The notes: generated by a model from the letters alone, not told the origin. 64,000 bases of DNA from Octopus sinensis (GCF_006345805.1 NC_043005.1:73408001-73472000); one strand, 5' to 3'. Shown: positions 12,546 through 26,066, counted from the first letter of the stretch. Numbers and translations: made by a program.

Positions 12546-13110
12546 ATTAGTAAAGTTCCTGTATAGGACCATAAGCGCTTTTATACGCTATCGTTGTTAC
12601 AGTATGAGAACACTTTAAATAGAGTGTTGTAACACTTGTATGCACGGTCTCCAGCTGATACCAAACTGTTGTACAAAGGATTACATAAATTCTGGAGATC
12701 ATTCATGCTTTCTATGTTGCAAACAATGAATAATTATGATGAAAATAACGTAACGAGGATGATGCTAATAACATTACTATTAATAGCTTCAACTTTTGAA
12801 ACAAGGCCAGTAATTTTAGCGTGGGAGATGTGTGTCGTTTACATCAATTCCTGTCCTCAAAAAGTACCCGATTCATTTTATCAAGCCCAAAAGAATTAAC
12901 AGCAAAGTCAACCTCGAGGAAAGTTGAATTCAGTATGCAAAGACGAAATACCGGTAAGTATTTTGACAGATAACTATAAATACTGTGAAATAGTTGATTA
13001 TTGATTTATACACTCTACTAACCAACACTCCCACCAAACCATACAGGAATACACTCATACCGTAAATACACAAAACAATGAACAAAGCCTACGATATATG
13101 TCATAGAAGG

Positions 13111-13339
13111 CGGCGGGCTGGCAGAAACGTTAGCACGCCGGGCGAAATGCGTAGCAGTATTTCGTCTGCCGCTACGTTCTGAGTTCAAATTCCGCCGAGG
13201 TCGACTTTGCCTTTCATCCTTTCGGGGTCTATTAAATAAGTACCAGTTACGCACTGGGGTCAATGTAATCGACTTAATCCGTTTGTTTGTTCTTGCTTGT
13301 CCCCTCTGTGTTTAGCCCCTTGTGGGTAGTAAAGAAATA
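13111..13339 (+). mobile_element. SINE family B (Nin/Deu-domain-like), full length with ~18-bp TSD
   Basis: GCCGAGGTCGACTTTGCCTTTCATCCTTTCGGGGTC central domain. GATATATGTCATAGAAGG is duplicated at 13093-13110 and 13340-13357. Confidence 0.92.
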
Positions 13340-13739
13340 GATATATGTCATAGAAGGCCGATACCCAACAGAAGAACACAACCTGCGCTGTACAAACAAC
13401 ACACATTACAAAAACAAATACAACAGAAGACTTAAACCAAACCCCATAACAAAACATACTGATACAATACAATATACACCACCCCACAAAAAATGTGGCA
13501 CACACCACCACACCAGCACGAAGGTGCAACAAAGGATGCAATAGAGAGTTGCTTGAAACTATCAGATATCAAAAAATAGTAGTGGAGATGACGTTGGGGA
13601 CGAACATTACTTTATCTCAGTTTGTGAGAGACAGAAGTTTCCGAAGAAACTGATTGTAACAGCGAAAATGAAGCAGTGGTTCAGTAAAGATGCAGATTGA
13701 CCGCAGTTGTTATCCTAATACAGTATAAGCAGATAATAG

Positions 13740-16560
13740 AGTAAGGACGAGGAAGTGAACCAGCGAAGAAAATAGGATAGTGATGCAGTGCCTCGTAAAA
13801 GGTGAACCTAAAAGAAGGGGCTAGAGAAAACGGATGTTAACACTTTGCGCAGAGAAAAATATGTTTAAAGGGACCGAGCAGAAATTAGTAGATCAAGCTA
13901 ATGCTATAAGGAGACGAAAGTGGCTGACAGAACTGGAGGTAGAAGAGATCACAAGAGAACCGGAAAAGAAAGATCAGGCAGTGGGAAAGACAACTACAAC
14001 ATAAGAGATACAAATCAAACCAAAGAAACACTTAAAGAAAAATAACGAAGGGACAACTGGCATCAGTGACTTAAGTGATTTAAGTGAGGAAGATCAGAAG
14101 ATCTTAGATGAGTTGCTGGAAGTAATGAGTAAAGAAGTAAGAAAAAGACCGCCAGCATTAAAAGGCACCAACAGAAGGAAGCTGCTAGAAATAACTAGGA
14201 AAGTAGATTCTGTTATCCGTAGGAAAGATCATAAAAATATAGGAGACACTAGCTTATTGATCTATGCAGGAGGGATAGTAGTCACTAGAAGATTAGATAT
14301 CTCACAGGAAAGGATTAATAAAGAGCAAATGTGGAAAAGGTGACTACAAAATACAGTAAAGACTTTAAGAGAAGATCTGAGTAGAAAAGAAGTCTGGAAA
14401 CTGAACAAGTTAGGAAACACAAGATGCAAATCTTCCCTTCAGAAAATACACTTAGCCAAAGAGAAAGGATTTGGGACAGTAATAGAAGAGGTGAAACAAC
14501 GTATCATAGCAGTAGCAGGCAAGCTTTTTCGGATTTCAGAAAAGAATAGATCAGTATTAACAGAATAGATTATTTGAGACAGACCAGAGGAGATTTTATA
14601 ACCAAATAAATAGTGAAGAACGAAGAACTGATGATGAGAAACCTAATGCAGAAGAAGCTAGAACGTTCTGGAGTAATATTTGGGATAAACCAGTCAATCA
14701 TAATGGAGATGCAGTATGGTTAAAGAAAGTGAGGGAAGAAATAGTGAGCGAGAAGCAGCCAGATTTAAGGCTAACTAGTGCATTAATGAGTAAAGTGTAA
14801 GGTAAATGCCGAATTAGAAGGGACCAGAACCAGATTTAGTTCAAGGGTACAGACATAAGAAATTTAGTAGTTTACATGGGAGTCTGAGGGAACTACTTCA
14901 GGAAAGCTTTAATGGAGAATTAATACCAGATTGGATGATTAGAGGGAGGACAATACTCAGTATGAAAGATAAGAGCAAGTGTTATACAGCAAGAAGCTAT
15001 AGACCAATCACTTGCTTACCATTAGTGTGAAAGCTGTTAACAGGAATGCTTTCAGAGAGCATTTACGAGCAGGTTGACAACCAGAATTTACTGCCAAAGC
15101 AAAAAGGTTACAGGAAGCAGGCTAGTTCTAAAAGCAGTTCTAAATGAAGTAAATGCTAGAAAGAAAATCTAACAATAGCCTAGATAGATTATAGAAAAGC
15201 CTGTGACATGATCCCACACTCATTGATAAGTAAATGTTTGAATATATTCAGTAGAGCTGACAACTTAAGAGAATTAGGTAGGTGTATTAGGATCTGACAG
15301 AGTACTAACTATGGAAATGAAAACGAAAATTGAGGAAGAGTACATCAGAAAGGTGAGAAAGCTAATGAAGTCAAAGCTGAATGGTCCGAATCTAGTGAAG
15401 GCTGTAAATACTTGGGCAGCTTTTGTTGATTGGGCAAAAACTGAATTAGGAAAGCTAGACAGAAGTAGGAATGAATTCAATTTGAATGGATGACTTCATA
15501 CAAGGGCAGGAGTAGCAAGAATACACCTACCTAGAAAGGAAGTTTGAAGAGGGTTAATATCAGTGGAAGACTGCGCGGAGTTAGCTAGAGTAGATATAAA
15601 TTACTATGTAGATAATAATGAAGAAAGTTTATTAAAAGCTGCTACAGTCACAGCAAGACATAGGGAAATTAAAAACCCGAACGAAGTTAAAAACCAGAAA
15701 AAGAAGAGATATTATCTGGCTGGCAAGAGAAGTTGTAGCAAGGTAGATTCCCAAAGATAGTTGCAGCAAATAGTAGTAGTGAGACATAGCTATGTTTGCA
15801 GAAAGGAAGGTTGAAAAGGAAGGCAGAAAGTTTGTTAATAGCAACACAAGATCAAGCATTAAAGACTAATTGGATAAAAGCCAAGATAGATAAAAACTAA
15901 GGAGATTCCCAATGAAGGTTATGCAAATCAAAAGACGAAAGCGTTACTCATATTGTAATGAATGTAGCATGCTAACACAGAAAAAATACAAGAAAAGACA
16001 GGACAGCAGAGGGAGAGTAATCCACTGGGAGTTATGGAGAAAGCTAGGATTTAAAGATACTAATAAATGGTATGAACATGAACATAGTAAAGTACTAGAA
16101 AGTAAAAAATACAAGATGTTGTAGAACTTTAACATTCAGACTGACAGAGTAATAGAAGCTAGAAGGCCTTGTTTAGTAGCAGCAGATAAAAAGAATAAAA
16201 AGTACCAGGTAATTGACTTTACTGTCCCAAATGATAAAAAATATAAGTATGAGAGGTATAGAAAAACCAGCAAAGTACCAGGACCTGGCCATTGAATTAC
16301 AGAGACAATGGGAAGTGAGGGTAAAATGTATCCCAGTAGTTATAGGTGCATTGGGAACTATTTCTAAAGATCTGAGCAGATGGATAGAAGAAATAGGCAT
16401 AAGACCTAGTTTAGTACAGCTGCAGAAAACAGTGTTATTAGGGACATCTAGGATACTAAGAAGGACGCTTGACATCTAAGGTTACTTGTAGCCTGATGTT
16501 AGGATCTTTTTTCTTTTCCAACTGTCTAATCTGTTGTGTGTATATAAAAATAGTAATAAT
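13740..16560 (+). mobile_element. Near-full-length, inactivated R4/Dong-clade non-LTR retrotransposon
   Basis: N-terminal WTSEENRIVMQC...EQKLVDQANAIRRRKWLTELEVEEI. RT motifs YRPITCLPL and IDYRKACDMIPH; the central RT is deleted near 15280. Zn-knuckle remnant, IHWELWRKLG, and KYQDLAIELQRQW...LLGTSRILRRTLDI. Many stops and frameshifts. Confidence 0.9.
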
Positions 16561-16760
16561 CCTTCCTACTAAAGGCACAAGGCCTGACATTTTCGGGGAG
16601 GGGACTGGTCGATTACATCGACCTCAGTATTCAGTTGGTACTTAATTTCTCGACCCTGAAAGAACGAACGGCAAGAATTTAAACTCAAAACGTAAAGACG
16701 GATGAAATGACACTAAGCATTTTGTCTGGCATGCAAACGATTCGGCTAACTCACCGCCTT
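16558..16760 (-). mobile_element. SINE family B with (ATT)n-type tail
   Basis: ATCCTTCCTACTAAAGGCACAAGGCC...TCGACC...TTAAACTCAAAACG, the reverse complement of family B. Confidence 0.85.
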
Positions 16761-16864
16761 AATGGTGATGATGATAATGATAATAATGATAATAATAATA
16801 ATAATAATAATAATATAATAATAATAATAATAATAATGATGATGATGATGATGATGATGATACA

Positions 16865-17212
16865 GTACAAAATTATGAAAAATCAATATGAGGGGCATAG
16901 AAAAAGTAGTAAAGAACCAGAGCCTAGCCATTGAATTACAGAGACTATGGGAAGTGCGGGTAAAAATGTATGCCAGCAGTTATAGGTTTATAGGTACAAT
17001 GGGAACTATCCCTAAAAATTTGAACAGATAGATAGAGGAAATAGACATAAAACCCAGTTTAGTACAGTTGCAGAAAACAGTGTCATTAGAGACAGCTAGG
17101 ATACTTGGGAGGGTTCTTGCCATCTAAGTTTACTTGTTTTAGCCCGATGTTAGAAATTGTTTTTCTTTTCCAACAGTCTAATCTGTTGTGCGTATATGAA
17201 AATAATAATAAT
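16865..17212 (+). mobile_element. 3' fragment of the same R4-clade LINE family
   Basis: Repeats 16250-16560 (GCCATTGAATTACAGAGAC...CAGAAAACAGTG...TCTAATCTGTTGTG). Preceded by (AAT)n(GAT)n. Confidence 0.85.
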
Positions 17213-17214
17213 TG

Positions 17215-17575
17215 CAATACCTGGGCCCTCAGCACTACAAACATGCAACATAAGCACTACATAACTGGTCCCTCAACACAACAATACCTGGACCCACAAG
17301 GTTGTACACTATCCAAAAGATAGCCCTGCTGGGAATAGCTCACATCGTACGCAAGAAAGTACACCCCAAATAAAACAACCCACGAACACAAGTCCAATAA
17401 AATAAACAACCCCCACAACATGTATTCAACAGGACAGATATCCAACAGAACCTGACTCACATAACACACACACAACACACAATACAAAAACACTAATACA
17501 ACAAAAAGCTCTAACCAAAACACATAAAAAAACTAATGCAAAACAATACTGGAAGAGTTTGTGCTCCCCCAACAA
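17215..17575 (+). mobile_element. 3' end and CA-rich 3'UTR of a second R4-like LINE subfamily
   Basis: Translates IPGPTRLYTIQKIALLGIAHIVRKK, matching the C-terminus TPGLANTYNIQKIALLGTAHILRK at 38410-38490. Confidence 0.7.
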
Positions 17576-17637
17576 CAACAAAAACAAGAACACGGAGGTG
17601 TAGCAGGTAATACCATAGAAACTTGCCGGAATCTGTC

Positions 17638-17689
<52 letters not shown>

Positions 17690-18211
17690 GGTGGTGATGT
17701 GGTGGTGGTGGTGGTGGTTGTTGTTGGTGGTAGAAGTAGTAGCAGTAACAGCAATCAGCAGCAGCAGAAATGTATTGAGAGCTTCTTTTCTTCATACATC
17801 AATAGTTTACAAAAAAATATATATTTACATTCTTGCTTAACCCACGGGGACTTTGTTATGTTCAAAATTATTATATTTCGAATTTATTCTGTGTTGCATA
17901 TAAATATTGTTTAATTACAAGCTTTCAAATGTACAAATATACGAATTGGGTTATGAATCGAGGTGTTAACGTTATTCATGTTTCTTTTATATAGATGCTA
18001 ATCTGTACTATTGAGAAAGGAAAGAAATGGATACGTCCTCTCTGAGAAATGGTCAACAAGCCATGAAACGGTCCGTGGCAAACTCCCTATCCTGTTAAAA
18101 AAATGGGCTTACATTCTTATTTATCTCACAGTGAAGCTTTGTAATATTTGAATTAATTGCAGTCCATCGGATTTAAGCATGTTCTGCAAAATTATTAAAT
18201 AAAATGTTACA

Positions 18212-18437
18212 CTTCTACTTGTTTCAGTCATTTGACTATGGCCATGCTGGAGCACTGCCTTTAGTCGAGCGAATCAACCCCAGGATTTATTCTTCGTAAG
18301 CCTAGTATTTATTCTATCGGTCTGTTTTGCCGAACCGCTAAGTTACGTGGACGATGTTGGGGGGGGGGGGCACAAACACAGACACACAAACATACACACA
18401 CACACACGCGCACACGCACACACACACACACACACAC

Positions 18438-18486
<49 letters not shown>

Positions 18487-18640
18487 GACGGGTTTCTATC
18501 AGTTTCCGTCTACCAAATCCACTCACAAGGCTTTGGTCGGCCCGAGGCTATAGTAGAATACACTTGCCCAAGGTGCTACGCAGTGGGACTGAACCCGGAA
18601 CCATTTGGTTGGTAAGCAAGCTACTTACCACACAGCTACC
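18212..18640 (-). mobile_element. SINE family A
   Basis: Full reverse-complement copy with internal (CA)n(TA)n. Confidence 0.9.
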
Positions 18641-19139
18641 CCCCTATGACTACTGACAATTCTGTAAGATCGCCGACTTAATTCGATTACTAATACTCCT
18701 GTCTTGTTTTGGCACAAGGCCAGCAATTTTGTCGGGTGACGAAGTCGAGTAACAGTGCTTCACTAGTACTCATTTTATCAACCGCGAAAGGATAAACAGC
18801 AAAGTCGAACTTAGCAGAATTTGAACCCAGAACCTAAAAGTGAATGGAATGTCGCCCGATATGTTAACGATTCTGCCTGGCTTAATACGATTACGAATAA
18901 TATTTGAATTACACAAGATCACTAAAATGACTTGGTCTAAGGATTTGGCGCTGTGAAGATCAGTTTTAATGCTTTGAAGAGAGAATCGAACCGTAACTTG
19001 CTCTCTAACTAGTGAGGGGCACTAACAGAGTGTCGCTAGAGAGCTTCAGTTATTCATACCAACTCTGTTCAAATCCCGTTGTGGCAAAATTTGCCTGTAA
19101 TAATTCCGTACTGGAATTTTCTTACTATTATTATTCTTC

Positions 19140-19435
19140 ACCACTTCATCCGCCTTCTTCTTCTTCCTTTTCTTTCTTCTTCTTCTTCTTCTTCTTCTTC
19201 TTATTCCTTCTTTCTTCTCCTACTCCTCCTCCTCCTCCTCCTCCTACTTCTTCCTTTTCTTTCTTCTTCTTCTCCTCCACTTCCTCCTCCTCCTCCTTCT
19301 TCTTCTTCCTTTTCTTTCTTCTTCTTCTTCTTCTTCTTCTTCTTCCTTTTCTTTCTTCTTCTTCATCTACATCTTTTTTTTCCTTCTTCTTCTTCTTCTT
19401 CTTCTTCTTCTTCTTCTTCTTCTTCCTCTCCACTT
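19140..19435. repeat. (CTT)n/(CCT)n compound microsatellite
   Basis: Direct reading. Confidence 0.97.
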
Positions 19436-20119
19436 TTCTCTCATATCGTACTCGAGGTTGAAAAGCTCAGTTTCGCAACATAATGAGTCGATTGTCTAGC
19501 CATGAAGCGTTTTTCACACTGTAGCTGTCCCATGTTCGATCCTACTCTCTGTAACTTGGGGCAAAATTTTCTAGCATGACCTCAACTCCATCCAAATGTT
19601 GATAATGAAGCTGTGTAGACGGAATCTATGCAGACGCTGTTCAATCAGCACTGACCTGCGGTAAAGCAATAACAGCATCAATGCAATCTCCGGATGCAGC
19701 CATTTTCTTTTGTTTATGCCATTAGCTGTACTGGTATAACTAGGAATTGTATATCACCCCCATTCATGTGTTGAGTGAAAATAAACTAAAATTGACAAAC
19801 TGACTGTATTGGATGAAACTTACAGTAAATTAGAAACAAATTGCTGGTAAAGTTATTAGAAGACCAAATCTTTCCTTGATGCTTTAGTTTTTATTTGGAA
19901 CAAACATTTTGGCCAAGTGCCCGTTCTAGCTATAACTCATGTATGGATCGTAGCTTCTTTTAGCCGTTCTCTTTAGCCTTGCGAATCCTGCAAAGAAAGC
20001 CGTAGACTCTACACTTGCTCCTTTTATTAATCTACTAAAAACGGTCAAATTGATTTGGGTTAATCTAAACCAAAAATTGAAACTACAAAGTGCATTCCAA
20101 AATTTTTAGACTTTTTTAC

Positions 20120-20515
20120 GGTGAGCTGGGAGAAACGTTAGCACGCCGGGCAAAATGCGTAGCCGTATTTCGTCTGCCGTTACGGTCTGAATTCAAATTC
20201 CGTCAAGGTCAACTTTGCCTTTCTTCCTTTCGGGGTCGATTAAATAAGTACTAGTTAAGCACTGGGGTCTATATAATCGACTTAATCCGTTTGTCTGTCC
20301 TTGTTTGTCCTCTCTATGTTTAGCTCCTTGTGGCTAATAAAGAAATAGGTATTTCGTCTGTCTTTACTTTCCGAGTTCAAATTCCACCGAGGTCGACTTT
20401 GCCTTTCACCCTTTCAGGGTCGATAAATTAAGTACCAGTTGAAGACTGGGGTCGAACTAATCGACTGGCCACCTCCCCCAAAATTTCGGGCCTTGTGCCT
20501 ATATTAGAAAATATT
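20120..20515 (+). mobile_element. Dimeric SINE family B inserted in the mariner
   Basis: Two central domains joined by AAAGAAATAG|GTATTTCGTCTG at ~20340. Confidence 0.85.
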
Positions 20516-21191
20516 TTTTTATGGAAAGATATCTATTAATTTCAAACTGCAAGGCCCTAAGGTCCTTCATAGTAGAAGCCTCTGTCTTCAATATACTTGT
20601 AGTGCTCCAGCATGAACTTCTTCCAAATTGAGGTTATCTGGGACCCTTGTCACAGCCTTCATCGTCTTCAAAATGACTAAACCTGAGGTCCTCCTTCAGC
20701 TTTGGGGCCAATCAAAAGTCACAGAGAAGAAACTCTTGGCTGGAGGTAAGGCGAGAAATAATTTTGATGTCCAGCTCTATCAAGTATTTGGTTACCTGAA
20801 TGCTTGTCACTGAGTACCCTGAGAACAAAAGTTGCTCAAATTTTGCCGCAATTTTTCATAATTCCGTGTACAGTAGCCACAGCCAATTTTCTTCCCCAGC
20901 TCTGATGTTCTGTCGTCCTCTCTCTCCCAAACCTTTCATCTCTTTACCATCAATGAACCTTATGTACAATGGGAGAAGTTATTCCATATGCGGTATGGAA
21001 CATTTCACAAGATTTAGTGACATTTTGCCCAGTTAGACACGAATTTTAGTGCATAGCTGCCTCTATATCCTGATCAGCTGAAACGCTCAGTAATAGTAGG
21101 ACGTGATCAAAGTGATGCTACAGCCGTCTCCTTCGATCTGGAATGAAAATAGTTGGCAGGTCAATTTATTAGATGTATAGCTATGATAGCG

Positions 21192-21440
21192 GAGGCGCGT
21201 GGCTTAGTGGTTAGAGTGTCAGCACCATGATCGTAAAATTGTAGTTTCGATTCCTGGTGCGGGCGACGCATTCTGTTCTTGAGCAAAACACTTCATTTCA
21301 CATTGCTCCAGTCCACTCAGCTGGCAAAAATGAGTAATGCTGCGATGGACTGGCGTTCCATCCAGCTGGGGAACACATACGGCATAAAAACCGGGAAACT
21401 GGGCCCGTGAGTCTGGCTAGGCTTTAAAAGGGGCGCATTT
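21192..21440 (+). mobile_element. SINE family C variant inserted in the mariner
   Basis: GGCTTAGTGGTTAGAG...GTTTCGATTCC...TTGAGCAAAACACTTCATTTCAC. Confidence 0.75.
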
Positions 21441-22048
21441 TTTATAGCTATGATATACTACCACAACCATAATCTATGACAGTTATAACTGCTTCTCCTA
21501 AAAAGTCTCAAAACTTCTGGAATGCACCTCGTACGTTCTTCTAATAACCTTACCAGCAATTTGTCTCTAATTTACCGTAAGTTTCATCCAATACAGTCAG
21601 TTTGTCAATTTTAGTTTACTTTCACTGAACACATGAACGGGTATGATATACAATTCCTAGTTATACCAGTACAGCTAATGGCATAAACAAAAGAAAATGG
21701 CTGCATCCGGAGATTGCATTGATGCTGTTATTGCTTTACCGCAGGTCAGTGCTGATTGAACAGGGTATGATCAAAGGTATTCCGGCCGTGGCCATCGCAT
21801 CGTTTGTGTTTATTACAGATTACATTGTTTTTTTTTTCGTGTGTGTGTGTGTATAACGTTTTGTATTTAAGACAAACTATTGTGCGATTTGGTAAAGAAA
21901 CTCGCTTTGCAATATGTGGTTTCGGGTTCCATCTCACTGGGCGTTATTCTGGGCACGTGACTTCAACTCTATAAATCCGGATTAACCAATGGATTGTGAA
22001 TGAATTTTGCAGTCGGAAACTTTGTGGAAGTCCGTTCTATGTGTGTGA

Positions 22049-22110
<62 letters not shown>

Positions 22111-22859
22111 ACGTGTGTTTGGGCTTATCTTCTCATCTCCTAATACTGCTTGACAACCCATCTTGACTTCTTTTCGCCCCCCGTAACTTACCGATTCGGT
22201 AAAAGTTACGGACAAAATAAAGTATGAGATTTGAAAGATATCAGTACTGGTGTCGATTTGTTAGATTAACATTTCAAGGCGGTGACCCCAGCATGGATGT
22301 TGTCCAATTACTGAAACGAGTAAAAGATTAGATTAAAAGATACCGCTATCCGCAAGGATCGTATTAACGCACCTGCGTTACGTCGTGTCGTCAACTCAGC
22401 CTTTAGCAGCCTACTTACATTTACTGTACATTATTGCAACATGTAAGATTGATCGACGAACAGAAATAAATTCCAAAATTAGGTAACTTGTTATCTTTCT
22501 GATTTATCTTCGCAATTCCCTCCCTCGTAATCTCATAAATCAATAGAATACAAGAGAATGGTGATCTTACATCTTGCGATCGATATGCTATAAACAGCAG
22601 AACCCTATTGTCTTGAACATAAAATGATGCATTCCATAATGTAGTCTATAATACTTTCTTTTCTCTGCACAAGGCTTGAAATTTAGTAGGTAGGTGTTAG
22701 CTGAATACATCTAATTATCAATTTGTACTTATTTTATCAACGCCAAAATGATAGGAGACAAAGCGGAATTTGAACTCCGAACCTAAAGCGAGGAGAAATG
22801 TCGCTAAGGATTTTGTCCAGCTCACTGCCCTACAATGTCGCCCATAATATCGGTTTCCA

Positions 22860-23582
22860 AATTTGGTACAAGGCCAGTAATTTCAGGGAAGGGGAAGGTC
22901 GATTACGTCTATCCCAGTGCTTGTCTGCTACCTATTGATGAAAAGTTAAATCGATGAAAAGTTAAATCGACCTCGGTAGAATAATGTAGTCCATAATATT
23001 CTTTTCTATTCTAGGCACTAGGCGCGAAATTTTAGGGGAGGTGGCCAGTCGATTAGATCGACTCCAGTGCTCGTCTACTACTTATTTTATGGACTCCGAA
23101 ATTATGAATAAGATATTAAATCGACCTCGGTAGAATAATGTAGTCCATAGTATTCTTTTCTATTCTAGGCACAATGCCCGACATTTTGGGGGAGGGGGCT
23201 AGTCGATTAGATCGACTCCAGTACGCAACTAGTACTTAATTTATCGACCCCGAAAGATGAAAGGCAATGCGAACCTCGGTGGAATTTGAACTCAGAATAA
23301 AGACAGATGAAATACCGCTAAGCATTTCGCCCGGGGTGCTAACGTTTTTAATTTCTTTATTGCCCACAAGGGGCTAAGCATAGAGGGGACAAACAAGGAC
23401 AGACAAAGGGATTAACTCGATTACATCGACCGCAGTGCGTAACTGGTACTTAATTTATCGACCCCGAAAATATGAAAGACAAAGTCGACTTCGGCAGAAT
23501 TTGAACACAGAACGCAGCGGCGGACGAAATACCACAAAGCATTTCGCCCGGCATGCTAACGTTTCTGCCAGCTCGCCGCCTT
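22860..23582 (-). mobile_element. Cluster of tandem SINE family B copies
   Basis: Successive central domains. TCGACCTCGGTAGAATAATGTAGTCCATA...CTAGGCAC is repeated at ~22967 and ~23120. Confidence 0.85.
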
Positions 23583-23947
23583 AATGTAGCCCATAATACT
23601 GATAAATGCAAGAATGTGGTGCGCAGGCAGAATCGTTAGCACGCAGGGTGAAATGCTTAGCAGAATTTCGTCCGTCTTTACGTTTTGTGTTCAAATTCTG
23701 CTAAGGTCCACTTTACCTTTCATCATTTCGGGGTCGATAAAATAAATACTAATTGAGCACCAGGATTGATGTAACTGACTATCGCCCTTCCATAAACTTT
23801 TACATCTTGTACTATAGTTGAAAGAATTATGAAGAAACAATAAACATTTATAAGGTTCTGAATAAGCACTCCACGACCGCCATCATTCTTTTTCTTTGCA
23901 AAAATTCCTTCGGATTTCTATATGCTTATATCGGTGATTGTAAAGGT

Positions 23948-24268
23948 GCATGGCTGAGTAGTTAGAGAGTCGAGCTTACGATCATGAGGTTGTGAATTCG
24001 ATTCCCGGACTGTGTTGTGTTCTTGAGCAAGACACTTTATTTCACGTTGCTCCAGTTCACTCAGCTGTAGAAATGAGTTGTGACATTACTGGTCTCATGC
24101 TGTATTGGCATTTGCCTTTACCTTGGATAACATCAGTGGTGTGGGGAGTGGAGGCTGGTATGCCTGGGCGACTGTTGGCCTTCCATAAACAACATTAAAC
24201 CGGACTCGTGTCTGGGAAGGTAACTTCCTAGTTGCAATCCCATGGTCATTCATGACCGAAGTGGGTCT
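23948..24268 (+). mobile_element. SINE family C
   Basis: Homologous along its length to 8895-9223. Confidence 0.88.
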
Positions 24269-25092
24269 CCTCCTCCTCCTCCTCCTCCTCCTCCTCCTCA
24301 TCTCGGTGATTTCAATTCACCTGGCCATGAAAGAAAAAAAAGATCTTTTTCATGTTTTCGCCGAAACCCAGCAACCCTTCGTTCAAGTGTACTCAACAGG
24401 CCGTAACTGATTTTCTGAATTATATTTTAAACATAGGAAATAACAATTACTGCAACAAAAATATTTTCAAATTTACATCTTATTTGTTGTTTTTCTCCTT
24501 TTCTTTTTTGGTGTGGGGTGCATTTTGGCCCTTCAAGTAGTCCTCATCATAATAGAATACTTATTCCAAACTTGCTCCCAAATGCCCCTTTATATTTAAG
24601 CGTAAAATCTAATCGAATTCTTGTTATACTTCTCCCTCTCCTCCCTCTCTCCTCTCTCTCTCTCTCTCTCTCTTCTTTCTCTCCCTCCTTGTCTTTTTCG
24701 CCTCTTCTTCCTTCTTTCCCTGTCTCTCTTTCTGTCTGGCTCTCATTGGATTTTACATCCCCGAATTTCGAAAAGCCAATCGACACACTCAAAAAAAAAA
24801 CAAAAGAGAAAGACACCGGAAGAAGCAGTCTGATATTTACATTAACCTCAACTCACGCACACACACACACTCTTTCTCTCTCTCCCTGTCTCTTCTTCCC
24901 TCTCCGTTTCTCTCCCTCTCTTCCTCCCACTTTCTGACTCCTCTCTCGCTCTCATCTCCTCCTCCTACTCTCTCTCTCACCCTATTCTCCCTCTTACTCT
25001 CTGTCGTCCTCCTTCTCGCCCCTTGCTCCTCCTCTCTCTCTCTCTGCTCTCTCCTCCCTCTCTTCTCTCTCCCTGTTTCCCCATCCTCTCCC

Positions 25093-25133
<41 letters not shown>

Positions 25134-25338
25134 TTTCTTTCACTTTCAAACTATTTACGACAATAACTGGTTACGGAATCAAACTACAATATCTGACATA
25201 TTTATTTCGTCCAATCAAAACATATGAACGTTAAATTGGACTTCATCTGTGAAGCTAACAAGGAACGAAACGAGACCCAATACAATAATAAGTCGGATCG
25301 AACCAGCTAGAAATACCTGTCAAACCATCCAGGACAGG

Positions 25339-25494
25339 CAGTGGCGTTGCTAGAGTGTATAATGCTAGGGGCAGTCCTTGTGTTTGCCGCCCCTATACAG
25401 GCTTATACAGCAGATTCATAGGTGCGGCCTTCATAAAAGTGCCACCCAGGGCGACGCGGTCCATCACTTCCAGCCTCGCTTAGCAACGCTACTG
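25339..25494. mobile_element. hAT-type MITE, 156 bp
   Basis: TIRs CAGTGGCGTTGCTAG / TTAGCAACGCTACTG. 8-bp flanks AGGACAGG (25331-25338) and AGCGCAGG (25495-25502) match at 6 of 8 positions. Confidence 0.7.
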
Positions 25495-25993
25495 AGCGCA
25501 GGAGCTTCTTGACATGCTAGAAATAACGACTGAATCTAATTGAAATCATGTTCTAAGTGTCTTAGAGAAGGACACGTTGGATCGTGAGGTCCCGCGTTCA
25601 TGGCACAGAGAAAAAGACGGGAATGTCAGCTGGAATGCCTGTGGCTGTGTGTTAAGAGGTTTGCTCTCCAGCCACATGGTTCCGGGATCACTCCCACTGC
25701 GTGGCACCTTAGACAATTGTCTTCTACTATAGCCCCTGGTCCACTAGTGCCTTCCGAGTGGATAGATAGATAGATAGATAGATATTCCTTGTGTTGTACG
25801 TTTGTACTCTGTTTTTTCGTTGTTTGAAAAAAAAAGTCCGTTTCCATGTTTTTGTTTTTATGCTTTCGTTTCTCATTGTGTTCAACGTTTTTTCGGTTTC
25901 TTGTACCCATATATGCATGTATATATACATATATATGTAGGTATGTACATATATGTATGTATATATGCATATGTTTTATATATTATTTTGTTA

Positions 25994-26056
<63 letters not shown>

Positions 26057-26066
26057 CAGATTGATT

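Larger units (their letters stand above)
20086..21531 (-). mobile_element. Degraded mariner element with both TIRs and TA flanks
   Basis: TIRs TA|CAAAGTGCATTCCAAAATTTTTAGACTTTT and AAAAGTCTCAAAACTTCTGGAATGCACCTCG|TA. Minus strand gives CEMFHTAYG, QEFLLCDF*LAPKLKEDLRFSHFEDDE and YIEDRGFYYEG. Confidence 0.82.
19637..21763. mobile_element. Long-TIR DNA element/MITE (227-bp inverted repeats) hosting nested insertions
   Basis: 19637-19863 and 21537-21763 are highly similar inverted copies (CTGTTCAATCAGCACTGACCTGCGG... / ...CCGCAGGTCAGTGCTGATTGAACAG). The right end is followed by GG-TA. Confidence 0.85.

Noticed and set aside
19146-19433. Poly-Lys/Arg/Glu ORF resembling a basic nuclear protein
   Set aside because: Translation of the (CTT)n microsatellite. 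The same applies to 24837-25127 and 57510-57897.
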